A stretch of DNA of 64,000 bases from Chloroflexota bacterium (lineage in GTDB: Bacteria > Chloroflexota > Anaerolineae > Anaerolineales > UBA11579). The first letter of the stretch is position 1. Every line of letters starts with the position of its first letter. Location of the stretch: contig JACPVG010000029.1 in assembly GCA_016191875.1 (NCBI GenBank), forward strand, positions 272,237 to 336,236, given 5' to 3'. The notes below the pieces were generated by a model. It had not been told where the DNA came from, ran no database searches, and saw nothing but the letters and a program-made list of their open reading frames with translations. Below are positions 8,490-17,854 of this stretch, piece after piece. The position numbers were made by a program, and so were the translations under genes.

Positions 8490-9229
8490 GCAAAGCACTG
8501 ATCCTGCATGCGCCCGGCACCAACCGGGATGGGGACCTGGCTGAGGCCATTCGCCTGGCAGGTGGAGAAGCGGATATCGTGCCGCTCAGCCGCCTGCAAG
8601 CTGAGAAAACGGATTGGCTAGATTATGGATTGCTGGCACTGCCGGGCGGGTTTTCCTATGGCGACGCGCTCGGCGCAGGTAAACTATGGGCGCTTGCCCT
8701 GCAAACGTGGTTTGCCCACCAGATGCAGGCTTTTGTTGAGAGTGGCCGCCCCATCATCGGCATCTGCAACGGCTTTCAGGCGCTGGTAAGGGCGGGTTTC
8801 CTGCCGGGGGATAACCTGGCTGCCACCCTTGCCCACAACGAGTCGGCCCAATTCGAATGCCACTGGGTCACGCTTACTCCCAACTCTGCGAATCACTCAT
8901 TCTGGCTTCAGAGACTCGAGTCGCTGGTCTGTCCGGTGGCCCACGGCGAAGGGCGGTTCGTCACTGCGCACGGCGCTCGCTTGCCCGATGAGCTGGTTGC
9001 CCTGCGCTATCGTGCTGCGGATGGTCGCCTGGCCGATTCGCGCTATCCAGCAAACCCCAATGGCTCGCCCGGCGATGTCGCCGGTATTACCAACAGGGAT
9101 GGAAACATCCTTGGCCTGATGCCTCATCCCGAAAACCATATTCTTCCATACCAGCACCCCAACTGGACGCGCGGCGAGCAGGGGGGACTGGGCATCCAAT
9201 TGTTTAGGAATGGACTGCGGGCAGCATGA
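8486..9229 (+). CDS. purQ: Phosphoribosylformylglycinamidine synthase I (glutaminase subunit)
   Basis: APGTNRDGD, catalytic GICNGFQAL, MPHPE. 4-nt overlap with purL. Confidence 0.9.
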   Translation: MSKALILHAPGTNRDGDLAEAIRLAGGEADIVPLSRLQAEKTDWLDYGLLALPGGFSYGDALGAGKLWALALQTWFAHQMQAFVESGRPIIGICNGFQALVRAGFLPGDNLAATLAHNESAQFECHWVTLTPNSANHSFWLQRLESLVCPVAHGEGRFVTAHGARLPDELVALRYRAADGRLADSRYPANPNGSPGDVAGITNRDGNILGLMPHPENHILPYQHPNWTRGEQGGLGIQLFRNGLRAA

Positions 9230-9257
9230 TTGCCTGCACAACGGAGGAACGCAAAGA

Positions 9258-10220
9258 ATGACTCTATCCCAGGAGCGGCTTACCCCATTCGAAATTTCCG
9301 ACCTGCCTTTTAGCGGCAGGGACTCTGGCAAGGTGCGCGATATCTATGCCCTGCCGGATGATCGCTTGTTATTGGTTACCACAGACCGACTCTCGGCCTT
9401 TGACCACGTCCTTGGTGCAGCGGCATACAAAGGGCAAGTGCTCAATCAGTTGACAGCCTGGTGGCTGCGAGAGACGAGCGACATCGTCGCCAATCACATG
9501 ATATCTGCGCCCGACCCGAATGCCATGCTTGTCTATCAAGCAGAACCCTTCCTGCTGGAAGTCATCGTGCGCGGGTTCATTACCGGCGTCACCGAAACTG
9601 CCCTGTGGACGCGATACAGCATGGGGGAGCGCGAAATCTATGGTCAACGTTTTCCGGATGGCCTGAAGAAGAACGAAGCGCTTCCTGAACCGATCATCAC
9701 GCCTACCACCAAGGGCGGGCCGAGCGGCCACGACGAGCGTCTGACCCTCAAGCAGGTGGTCGCCGATGGGATCCTCGATGAGCCCACCTGGGCTGAAATC
9801 CGTAGCGCGGCTTTGGCGCTTTTCCGGCGCGGGCAGGAGGTCGCGCGCCGGGCGGGGCTGATTCTGGTCGACACCAAGTATGAATTCGGCCGCCTGTGCG
9901 ATGGCCGCGTGGCGCTGATCGACGAAGTGCATACCCCAGATTCTTCACGCTTCTGGGTCCTGGACACCTACGCGGCATGCCTGGAGGCCGGGCGGGAACC
10001 GGAGAACTACGACAAAGAATTCCTGCGGCTGGAATACGCCCGGCAGGGATACACGGGCGATGGTACGCCCCCGCCGATGCCGCCCGACCTCTGGCAGCGC
10101 GTGAGTTCCCGTTATGTCGAACTCTATGAACGGCTCACCGGGCTGGCCTTCGACCCCGGGCGCTATCCGGTCGAGGAGCGATTGCTGGAAAATCTGGCGC
10201 GGGAAGGGTTGCTGCCATGA
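9258..10220 (+). CDS. purC: SAICAR synthase
   Basis: GKVRDIY and LLLVTTDRLSAFD. ATG at 9258 is preceded by GGAGGA. The track ORF starts at 9210, inside purQ. Confidence 0.9.
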   Translation: MTLSQERLTPFEISDLPFSGRDSGKVRDIYALPDDRLLLVTTDRLSAFDHVLGAAAYKGQVLNQLTAWWLRETSDIVANHMISAPDPNAMLVYQAEPFLLEVIVRGFITGVTETALWTRYSMGEREIYGQRFPDGLKKNEALPEPIITPTTKGGPSGHDERLTLKQVVADGILDEPTWAEIRSAALALFRRGQEVARRAGLILVDTKYEFGRLCDGRVALIDEVHTPDSSRFWVLDTYAACLEAGREPENYDKEFLRLEYARQGYTGDGTPPPMPPDLWQRVSSRYVELYERLTGLAFDPGRYPVEERLLENLAREGLLP

Positions 10221-10699
10221 ATGGCGTTGTCGTTATCCTAATGGGTTCGGGCTCTGACGAGCCACATGTCGATAAGATCGCTGCTGTGCTGGACGAATTT
10301 GGTATTCCGCATGTCGAGCGTGTCTCATCGGCTCACAGGACTCCGCTCAGGTTGCTAGAGATACTCAAGGAATGCGAGGCGGACCCGCGTCCGAAGGTTT
10401 ACGTCACGGTCGCCGGGTTGAGCAACGCGCTGAGCGGGATGGTGGATGCCCAGGTGAGCACGCCGGTAATCGCCTGCCCGCCGCTTGACCCCGCCTTCGG
10501 GGGAGCGGATATCTTCTCTTCCCTGCGGATGCCGGTCGGAGTCGCCCCGTTGATGGTCCTTGAGCCAGCCAACGCTGCGTTGGCGGCCGCCAAGATGCTC
10601 GCCCTGGCCGAGCCGGGCCTGGCCGCCCGGGTCGCCGCCCGGCAGCAGGAACTGGCGGAAAAAGTCTACGCCGCAGACCGGGATGTGAGCGAAGGATGA
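10217..10699 (+). CDS. purE: PurE, class-II-like (AIR carboxylase type)
   Basis: VVILMGSGSD and SSAHRTP. VAGLSNALSGMV...PVIACPPLDP...SSLRMP resembles the animal PAICS AIRc motif (AGRSNGLGPV...ISCPPL...SSLRLP, from memory) rather than class-I AGGAAHLPGM. Confidence 0.85.
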   Translation: MNGVVVILMGSGSDEPHVDKIAAVLDEFGIPHVERVSSAHRTPLRLLEILKECEADPRPKVYVTVAGLSNALSGMVDAQVSTPVIACPPLDPAFGGADIFSSLRMPVGVAPLMVLEPANAALAAAKMLALAEPGLAARVAARQQELAEKVYAADRDVSEG

Positions 10700-12120
10700 T
10701 GCCCGAACTGGATAAACCCCACGAAGAGTGCGGTGTATTCGGCGTCGCCGCCAACCACGCGCAGGCCGCCCGCCAGGCGTATTTTGGTATCTTTGCCCTA
10801 CAGCATCGCGGCCAGGAGGCCGCCGGGATAGCCGTCAGCGACGGGGCTCGGCTGCGACTCCACAAGGATGTTGGCCTGGTGTCGCAGGTGTTCGATGAAG
10901 GCATTATCGCGGGCCTTCAAGGCCACATGGCGATTGGGCATACGCGCTACAGCACCACTGGCTCCGCCACTGCCCCTAACGCCCAGCCTATGCTGCTGGA
11001 TACCCGCCATGGCCCGGTGGCCTTGGCGCACAACGGCAACCTGACCAATGCCGCCCAACTGCGCCAACGCCTGATGGAGCAGGGTGTTGGCTTCACTTCG
11101 ACCTCTGATACGCAGGTGATGATCATGATGCTGGCAGCGTCCGATGGGGGGAGTTGGATGGACCGCATCACCGCGACGATGGCAAAGTGGCAGGGGGCCT
11201 ATTCCATCGTCGTCCTCACGAACGAAGGGGTGTACGCCGCCCGCGACCCATGGGGGTTGCGACCTCTTACAGTTGGCAGCCTGCCCGGCGGAGGACACGC
11301 CGCGGCCTCTGAGACTGGCGCGCTGGAAACCATCGGCTGCGACGGCGTGCGCGAGGTCCATCCCGGTGAAGTGATCGCCCTGCACCGCGAGGCGCTTATC
11401 GTGCGCCAGGCGCTCGAACCCGATCTGCGACTGGCGCGCTGTACCTTCGAACACATCTATTTCTCCCGCCCGGACAGCGTGTGGGATGGGAGGGTGGTGC
11501 ACGATGTGCGCTACCGGCTCGGCCAGCAACTGGCCCGCGAAATGCCGGTGGAGGCCGATGTGGTCGTTCCGGTCCCCGATTCTTCCATCCCCAGCGGCCT
11601 GGGGTATTCTGCTGAGAGCGGTATTCGTTTTGACATCGGTCTGGTCAAGAATCGCTATATCGGGCGCACATTCATCCAGCCTTCCCACGAGATGCGCGTC
11701 CAGGGCGTAGCATTGAAATTCAACCCGATGCCGAGTGTGCTGGGCGGGCAGCGGGTGGTGCTCATCGACGATTCTATCGTGCGCGGCACCACCATGCGCC
11801 ATCTGGTGGGCATGCTGCGCGGGGCGGGCGCGGTCGAAGCGCATGTACGGGTCACCTGCCCGCCCATCCGCCATCCGTGCTTCATGGGCGTGGATATGTC
11901 GACGTACGACGAGCTCATCGCCCACAAGATGAGCGTCGAAGAGATGCGTATCTCGCTGGATGCCGATACGCTGCATTTCGTATCGCTTGAAGGCATGATG
12001 ACCGCTATCGGGCGGGAGCAAGGATACTGTAATGCCTGCTTCACCGGCCAGTATCCGTTCGAGATCCCTGAAACGGCGGGGAAGTTCAGCCTTGAGCCGA
12101 TGGGGGAGGGCCGGGTATGA
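10696..12120 (+). CDS. purF: Amidophosphoribosyltransferase
   Basis: Propeptide then the Cys nucleophile in ECGVFGV. PRTase loop VVLIDDSIVRGTT. C-terminal Cys residues fit the Fe-S type. Confidence 0.95.
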   Translation: MMPELDKPHEECGVFGVAANHAQAARQAYFGIFALQHRGQEAAGIAVSDGARLRLHKDVGLVSQVFDEGIIAGLQGHMAIGHTRYSTTGSATAPNAQPMLLDTRHGPVALAHNGNLTNAAQLRQRLMEQGVGFTSTSDTQVMIMMLAASDGGSWMDRITATMAKWQGAYSIVVLTNEGVYAARDPWGLRPLTVGSLPGGGHAAASETGALETIGCDGVREVHPGEVIALHREALIVRQALEPDLRLARCTFEHIYFSRPDSVWDGRVVHDVRYRLGQQLAREMPVEADVVVPVPDSSIPSGLGYSAESGIRFDIGLVKNRYIGRTFIQPSHEMRVQGVALKFNPMPSVLGGQRVVLIDDSIVRGTTMRHLVGMLRGAGAVEAHVRVTCPPIRHPCFMGVDMSTYDELIAHKMSVEEMRISLDADTLHFVSLEGMMTAIGREQGYCNACFTGQYPFEIPETAGKFSLEPMGEGRV

Positions 12121-14372
12121 ACGTTCTCCTTCTTGGTTCGGGCGGGCGCGAACATGCGATAGCCTGGAAACTGGCGCAATCCCCCCGGCTGACTCAGATA
12201 TATGCCGTGCCCGGGAATCCCGGCACCGCGCGCCTTGGTCGCAACCTGGATGGGGACATCCTGGATAGGCGGCGAGTCGCCAGCCTTGCGAAAAAGCATG
12301 GTATCGATCTGGTGGTGATCGGCCCGGAAGCGCCGCTGGCGGCCGGGTTGGCAGACGACCTGCGGGCAGCGGGTGTGTCGGTGTTCGGCCCCTCACGGGC
12401 CGGCGCCCAACTGGAAGCCTCAAAGGCCTTTGCCAAAGAATTCATGCGCGTTTCCAAAATCCCCACGGCATGCTACGCGATCTTTGAAGAATTCGAGGCC
12501 GCCAGGGCACATCTTGCGCAAGCCTCTTATCCATCCGTGATCAAGGCCTCCGGACTGGCGGCGGGTAAAGGGGTCTTCCTATCGGAAGACAGCGTGCAGG
12601 CGGAGCGGATACTGCAAGACCTGTTGGTGGAAAATCGACTGGGGGCGGCAGGCGCTCAGATCGTCATCGAAGAGAGGCTCAACGGCCCGGAACTTTCGGT
12701 GCTGGCATTCACAGATGGGCAGAGGCTGGCCATCATGCCGCCGGCGCGTGACCACAAACGCCTGCTGGATGGCGACCAAGGACCAAACACTGGCGGCATG
12801 GGGGCGCTGGCGCCCAGCCCGGACGCGACGCCGGAACTCATGCAGGAAATCCTCGAAACGATTCTGGCGCCGACTCTCGCCGGGCTGAACGAACGAGGTA
12901 TCGATTACCGGGGCGTGTTGTATGCCGGGCTGATCCTGACTGAAGATGGCCCCAAGGTGTTGGAATATAACTGCCGCTTTGGCGACCCCGAAGCGCAGGC
13001 CATCCTGCCATTGATGGAGTCCGACTTGCTTGAAGTGATGCTTGGCGCGGCGCAGGGTAACCTGCCGGATGTACGCTGGCGTGATGGGTACGCTGTTTGC
13101 GTGGTGCTGGCTTCGGGCGGCTACCCCGATACGTATCAAAGTGGGTTCCCCGTCTCCGGGCTGGAGGAGGATGCCGGGGCACTGGTCTTTCACGCCGGGA
13201 CCCGCGTGGTGGATGGGAGGATTGTGACTCATGGCGGGAGGGTGTTGGGCGTCACCGCGGTAGGCGGAGACCTGTTTGAGGCGGCGCACCGGGCTTATCG
13301 GGCCGCGGCGGCGGTTCGTTTTGAGGACATGCACTATCGGACCGATATCGGGACCGAGTTCTCTGCCTACCGGGCCGCCGGGGTGGACATTGACGCGGGG
13401 ACTCAGGCCGTCCGCCTAATGAAAACCAGCGTGGAGGCTACCCACGGCCCGGAGGTACTTGCCGGAGTGGGCGCGTTTGGCGGTCTCTATGCTGCCGCCG
13501 CGCTTCAACGGATGGCCGCTCCGGTGCTGGTTGCCTCTACCGATGGCGTTGGCACGAAAGTGTCGCTGGCGGCGCAATTCGGCATGGTCGCGGGCATCGG
13601 TTGCGATATCGTCAACCATTGCATTAACGACATCCTGGCGCAGGGAGCTCGCCCGCTGTTCTTCCTGGATTACATCGCTGTAGCCAGGCTGGATCCAAAC
13701 CAGGTCGCCGAAATCGTGGCGGGCATGGGCGTGGCTTGCCGGGAGGCGGGTTGCGCGCTGCTGGGCGGCGAAACCGCGGAAATGCCGGGGGTCTATCGCG
13801 AGGGCTACTTTGATGTGGCCGGGACACTCGTAGGCGTGGTGGAACGTGAACGCATCTTGCCGAGGGACGACATCCGAGTTGGCGACGTACTGATCGGGTT
13901 GCCTTCGTCCGGGCTGCACACCAACGGCTTTTCATTGGCGCGCAAGGCCTTTGACGGCGTCGACCAGCAACATGTCTACCCTGAACTAGGGCAACCGCTC
14001 GGCAGCGTATTGCTTGCTCCGCACCGCAGTTATCTACCCCTAGTTTGGCCCTCCCTGGAGCGCAGCCCGGAGTGGATCAAAGGACTTGCCCACATCACCG
14101 GCGGCGGTTTCCCGGATAACCTGCCGCGCATCCTCCCGGACGGCCTGACGGCGCGCGTCGACCTGGGCGCGTGGGAAGTTCCGCCCATCTTCCGACTCAT
14201 CCAACGTCTCGGCTGCGTCGCCGAGACAGAAATGTACCGTGTCTTCAATATGGGCATAGGCATGGTCGCGGTCGTGGCTCAGGAGCATGTCACACGATTG
14301 CTCGGCGACCTGGGCGAAGGCATAGCGATCGGCGAGGTTGTCCCTGGCAAAGAAGTGCGGCTTGAGACCTAA
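12117..14372 (+). CDS. purD-purM: Bifunctional GAR synthetase / AIR synthetase (PurD-PurM fusion)
   Basis: N-terminal MNVLLLGSGGREHAIAWKL and ATP-grasp (PurD) to about residue 425. Then DGVGTKV, GGETAEMPG and HITGGG (PurM). Single uninterrupted 751-aa ORF. Confidence 0.9.
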   Translation: MNVLLLGSGGREHAIAWKLAQSPRLTQIYAVPGNPGTARLGRNLDGDILDRRRVASLAKKHGIDLVVIGPEAPLAAGLADDLRAAGVSVFGPSRAGAQLEASKAFAKEFMRVSKIPTACYAIFEEFEAARAHLAQASYPSVIKASGLAAGKGVFLSEDSVQAERILQDLLVENRLGAAGAQIVIEERLNGPELSVLAFTDGQRLAIMPPARDHKRLLDGDQGPNTGGMGALAPSPDATPELMQEILETILAPTLAGLNERGIDYRGVLYAGLILTEDGPKVLEYNCRFGDPEAQAILPLMESDLLEVMLGAAQGNLPDVRWRDGYAVCVVLASGGYPDTYQSGFPVSGLEEDAGALVFHAGTRVVDGRIVTHGGRVLGVTAVGGDLFEAAHRAYRAAAAVRFEDMHYRTDIGTEFSAYRAAGVDIDAGTQAVRLMKTSVEATHGPEVLAGVGAFGGLYAAAALQRMAAPVLVASTDGVGTKVSLAAQFGMVAGIGCDIVNHCINDILAQGARPLFFLDYIAVARLDPNQVAEIVAGMGVACREAGCALLGGETAEMPGVYREGYFDVAGTLVGVVERERILPRDDIRVGDVLIGLPSSGLHTNGFSLARKAFDGVDQQHVYPELGQPLGSVLLAPHRSYLPLVWPSLERSPEWIKGLAHITGGGFPDNLPRILPDGLTARVDLGAWEVPPIFRLIQRLGCVAETEMYRVFNMGIGMVAVVAQEHVTRLLGDLGEGIAIGEVVPGKEVRLET

Positions 14373-14991
14373 AGTGCGCCTGGTAGTGCTCGTCTCTGGT
14401 TCGGGCAGCAACTTGCAGGCGGTCATGGACGCCTGTTCCGAGGGCCGGCTGAACGCCGAAGTGACAGCGGTTTTCAGTAACCGGACCAATGCCTACGCGA
14501 TCCAGCGCGCCTCCCGGGCCGGCATCCCTTATGAAATCTTTCCATGGCAGCCCTTCAAACAGGCGGCGAAATCCCGACAGGACTATGATGCCGCCCTAGC
14601 CGAAGCAGTGAGACGCCACGCGCCGGATTTCGTTGTTCTGGCAGGCTGGATGTGGTTGTTGAGTCGCGCCTTTCTGGTGTATTTCCCGATGCGGGTCATC
14701 AACCTGCATCCTGCACTGCCGGGCATGTTTCCCGGAACGGATGCCATCGAACGCGCTTTGGCCGCCTACCGGTGCGGGCGGATCCGCGAAACCGGGGTGA
14801 TGGTGCATTACGTCCCGGACGAGGGGGTGGACGATGGGCCGGTGATTGCCCAGGCGACGGTGCCGATTCTGTCTGAAGATACTCTCGAATCACTGGCCAG
14901 GCGCATCCACAAAACCGAACACACACTGCTGGTGTCTGCGTTAGCACATGTCATCGACCGGCAAATTGAAACATCCAAGGAGTTCAACTGA
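14338..14991 (+). CDS. purN: GAR formyltransferase
   Basis: VLVSGSGSNLQAV, INLHPALPG and HYVPDEGVDDGPVI. The more likely start is the in-frame GTG at 14374, just after the purD-purM stop. Confidence 0.9.
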   Translation: MSLAKKCGLRPKVRLVVLVSGSGSNLQAVMDACSEGRLNAEVTAVFSNRTNAYAIQRASRAGIPYEIFPWQPFKQAAKSRQDYDAALAEAVRRHAPDFVVLAGWMWLLSRAFLVYFPMRVINLHPALPGMFPGTDAIERALAAYRCGRIRETGVMVHYVPDEGVDDGPVIAQATVPILSEDTLESLARRIHKTEHTLLVSALAHVIDRQIETSKEFN

Positions 14992-16499
14992 TGCCCATCG
15001 CGCTATTTTCTGTATCCGACAAGACCGGCCTGGTGGACGGGCTGGCGCGCCCGTTGCACGAACTGGGCTGGCGTATTCTAGCCAGCGGTGGCACAGCCAA
15101 TGTCCTGCGTGAGGCTGGCATTCCGGTGAAGGAGGTCGCCGACTACACCGGTTCCCCGGAGATCCTGGGTGGTCGGGTGAAAACCCTTCATCCTGGTATC
15201 CACGGCGGCCTGCTGGCCCGCAACACTCCAGAAGACAAGGCCGACCTGAAGAAGATCAAGGCCGAGATGATCGATCTGATCGCCGTGAACCTGTATCCCT
15301 TCCAGCAGACCGTCGCTCGTGGCGATGCCACGCTGGAAGCGGCGGTTGAGAATATCGATATTGGGGGAGTGACCCTCCTGCGCGCGGCGGCTAAGAACTT
15401 TGCGCGTGTGACGGTCCTGACGACCCCGGATGATTACCCGAAGGTAGTGGCTGAACTCGGGTCACAGGGTTGCACATCGCTGGAGACCCGACGGGCGCTG
15501 GCCTGGGCGGCGTTCAAGCACACTGCCCAGTACGACCGTGCCATCACAGACTTCCTCAACGGAGAAGTCTCGTTGAATCTAAGCCTTTACCCCGTGCACA
15601 CGCTGCGTTATGGCGAAAACCCCCACCAATCGGCCACCCTCTACGGCTTCAGGCCGGACGCCGGGCCGCTGGGGGGGAAGGTCTTGCAAGGTAAAGCGCT
15701 TTCCTACAACAACATCCTCGACCTGGATGCGGCCTGGAAGACGGCGAGTTCATTCGACCGCCCAACCGTGTGCATTGTCAAACATCTGTCTCCATGCGGA
15801 GTGGCGTCGGCGGAGACGCTGGCTGGGGCCTATCCGCTGGCGCTGGCTTCCGACCCGGCCTCTGCGTTCGGCGGCGTGATCGCCGTCAACCGCGCCTTCG
15901 ATGGCCGGGTCGCGAAGGCGCTTGGCGGCCTGTTCGTGGAATGTATCGTTGCGCCCGGGTTCACCAATGAGGCGCTGGCGGTCCTCGCCAAGAAGCAAAA
16001 CCTGCGCCTGGTGGCGATGCCAGCCGCCGACGGGGCGGCGCTGCACGAACTGCGCAGCGTGACGGGCGGTGTGCTGCGCCAGAGCCCCGATTTGGGCGAT
16101 CCAGATGGAACGGAATTGACCGTGGTGACCGAGCGGCATCCGACTGAGGAAGAATGCACGTCGCTGGCGTTCGCCTGGAAAGCCTGCCAGCATGTTAAGT
16201 CCAACGCTATCGTCTTTGCCAGAGGGGAGGCCACCCTTGGTATCGGCGGCGGGCAACCCAACCGCGTAGACTGTGTGCATATCGCCGCCCGGCGCGCCGG
16301 AGAAGCAAACGTACCTGGAGCGGTTATGGCTTCGGATGCTTTCTTTCCGTTCCCGGATTCTGTCGAGGCTGCGGCAGCATACGGCATCGCGGCCATCATT
16401 CAGCCGGGCGGCTCAGTGCGCGACCAGGAGTCAATCGAGGCAGCCAACCGGCATAACATTGCCATGGTATTCACGGGCGTGCGCCACTTCCGGCATTAG
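14991..16499 (+). CDS. purH: AICAR transformylase / IMP cyclohydrolase
   Basis: [11 protein letters not shown] (MGS domain), [21 protein letters not shown] overlap with purN. Confidence 0.95.
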   Translation: MPIALFSVSDKTGLVDGLARPLHELGWRILASGGTANVLREAGIPVKEVADYTGSPEILGGRVKTLHPGIHGGLLARNTPEDKADLKKIKAEMIDLIAVNLYPFQQTVARGDATLEAAVENIDIGGVTLLRAAAKNFARVTVLTTPDDYPKVVAELGSQGCTSLETRRALAWAAFKHTAQYDRAITDFLNGEVSLNLSLYPVHTLRYGENPHQSATLYGFRPDAGPLGGKVLQGKALSYNNILDLDAAWKTASSFDRPTVCIVKHLSPCGVASAETLAGAYPLALASDPASAFGGVIAVNRAFDGRVAKALGGLFVECIVAPGFTNEALAVLAKKQNLRLVAMPAADGAALHELRSVTGGVLRQSPDLGDPDGTELTVVTERHPTEEECTSLAFAWKACQHVKSNAIVFARGEATLGIGGGQPNRVDCVHIAARRAGEANVPGAVMASDAFFPFPDSVEAAAAYGIAAIIQPGGSVRDQESIEAANRHNIAMVFTGVRHFRH

Positions 16500-16586
16500 G
16501 CAGTGTGTCGCCGGATGATGCTCTTCGTCGGGCGCCAGGCCTTCCCTCGATAGGCGCGTACCGCAAGTTCGTTGCGAGGCGAGCTG

Positions 16587-17753
16587 CTATGAGGGTGTGG
16601 AGGGCATCACGCAATTTCGACCGGCCTGCTTTGCGGCATAGAGTTGCTCGTCCGCCCGTCCAATCAGGTGCTGCGGATCCGCTTCGCCCGACTGGTGCTG
16701 CGCCGCGCCGATGCTGACCGTGACTATCAGTTGTGGTTCCAGCAGCGCCTGCATGCACCCAGGCAGCCCGGCGCGCAGCCGCTCAGCAACTTGAAGCGCG
16801 GCGGCCAACGTCACCCCCGGCAGGATGGCCAGAAACTCTTCACCCCCATAGCGCCCCAGCGTCCCGCTGCCGCGCAGGTATTGGCGCATGCATGCAGCCA
16901 GGGTGAAGAGTGTTCGGTCGCCTGCCAGATGACCGAACGTGTCATTAATCCGCTTGAAATGGTCGCCATCAATGATCAGGATGCAGAGCGGCGAACCCTC
17001 GGCCTGACACTTGATCATCTCCAATTCAAGTCGCTCAAGTATCGATCTCCGGTTCGGAATCTGCGTGAGCGCATCCACCCGCGCCTGCCAGCCGAGCGTA
17101 CTGGTGAGCCGCTCCACGTGCATCAGAGCATAACTGAAGGTGAGGAGCGTGGTCACCACGAGCACGCCGGAGAGGGCCGCATCCTGATAGAAGCCGGTGG
17201 CAAAGAAATCCCGCTGGCTCGTTCCGGCCGGGGTGAAGTAGTAAACCGTGCGGGAAAAGAGGAGCGCACCCAAGCAGAAGAATCCCACGCCGGTGAGAAA
17301 GCGAACGAAATCATGGCGGTGTGGCCCGCCTCTCGAAAGCATCAGGCCGGTCAGCACTGAAAGGATTCCCAGCCAACCGGAGAGCAAAAGCGTACGCGCC
17401 CCGAAATCCGGAGCCAGAACGGTGAAGAATACCAGTCCGAACCCTGCCAGCAGGTTCGCGCTCCATAACGGCCTGCGTCTGGCTGGCTGATCAAGCAGCT
17501 GGCAGACGGCTTCGTAGTAGAGACTTATGCCGAGGATGCCCATAAGGTACGGGACCATGATCGAGATAATGTCGGGGATGATATCGCGCAGGCTGCCGAT
17601 GACGAAGCCAACCGCCAGCAGGATGTTCCCGGCCGCCCATGACCGAATTCCCTTCAAGGCGTTGCCGGTGGAGCGCGCCAACATGAGGAGGATGATTCCG
17701 TTGAGCAGGCTGATGAGACCGATGCTATAGACGATGGTTCGAATATCCAACAT
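16587..17753 (-). CDS. Diguanylate cyclase with N-terminal multi-TM sensor domain
   Basis: About 7 hydrophobic helices, then a GGDEF domain (RYGGEEF, DHFKRINDTFGH). Confidence 0.85.
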   Translation of the reverse strand: MLDIRTIVYSIGLISLLNGIILLMLARSTGNALKGIRSWAAGNILLAVGFVIGSLRDIIPDIISIMVPYLMGILGISLYYEAVCQLLDQPARRRPLWSANLLAGFGLVFFTVLAPDFGARTLLLSGWLGILSVLTGLMLSRGGPHRHDFVRFLTGVGFFCLGALLFSRTVYYFTPAGTSQRDFFATGFYQDAALSGVLVVTTLLTFSYALMHVERLTSTLGWQARVDALTQIPNRRSILERLELEMIKCQAEGSPLCILIIDGDHFKRINDTFGHLAGDRTLFTLAACMRQYLRGSGTLGRYGGEEFLAILPGVTLAAALQVAERLRAGLPGCMQALLEPQLIVTVSIGAAQHQSGEADPQHLIGRADEQLYAAKQAGRNCVMPSTPS

Positions 17754-17854
17754 AGCTTTGGCCGCCTATAGGGGCAGTTCCGGTACGGAAAGCGGCGGCG
17801 CGATGACGACCCTATCGGGTGGATTCGGTCCGACGATGCCGCACACCTTCTTGC

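Noticed and set aside
10798-12423. 541-aa minus-strand ORF
   Set aside because: It is antisense to purF and the start of purD-purM. It has no recognisable motifs, so I treat it as a high-GC artefact.
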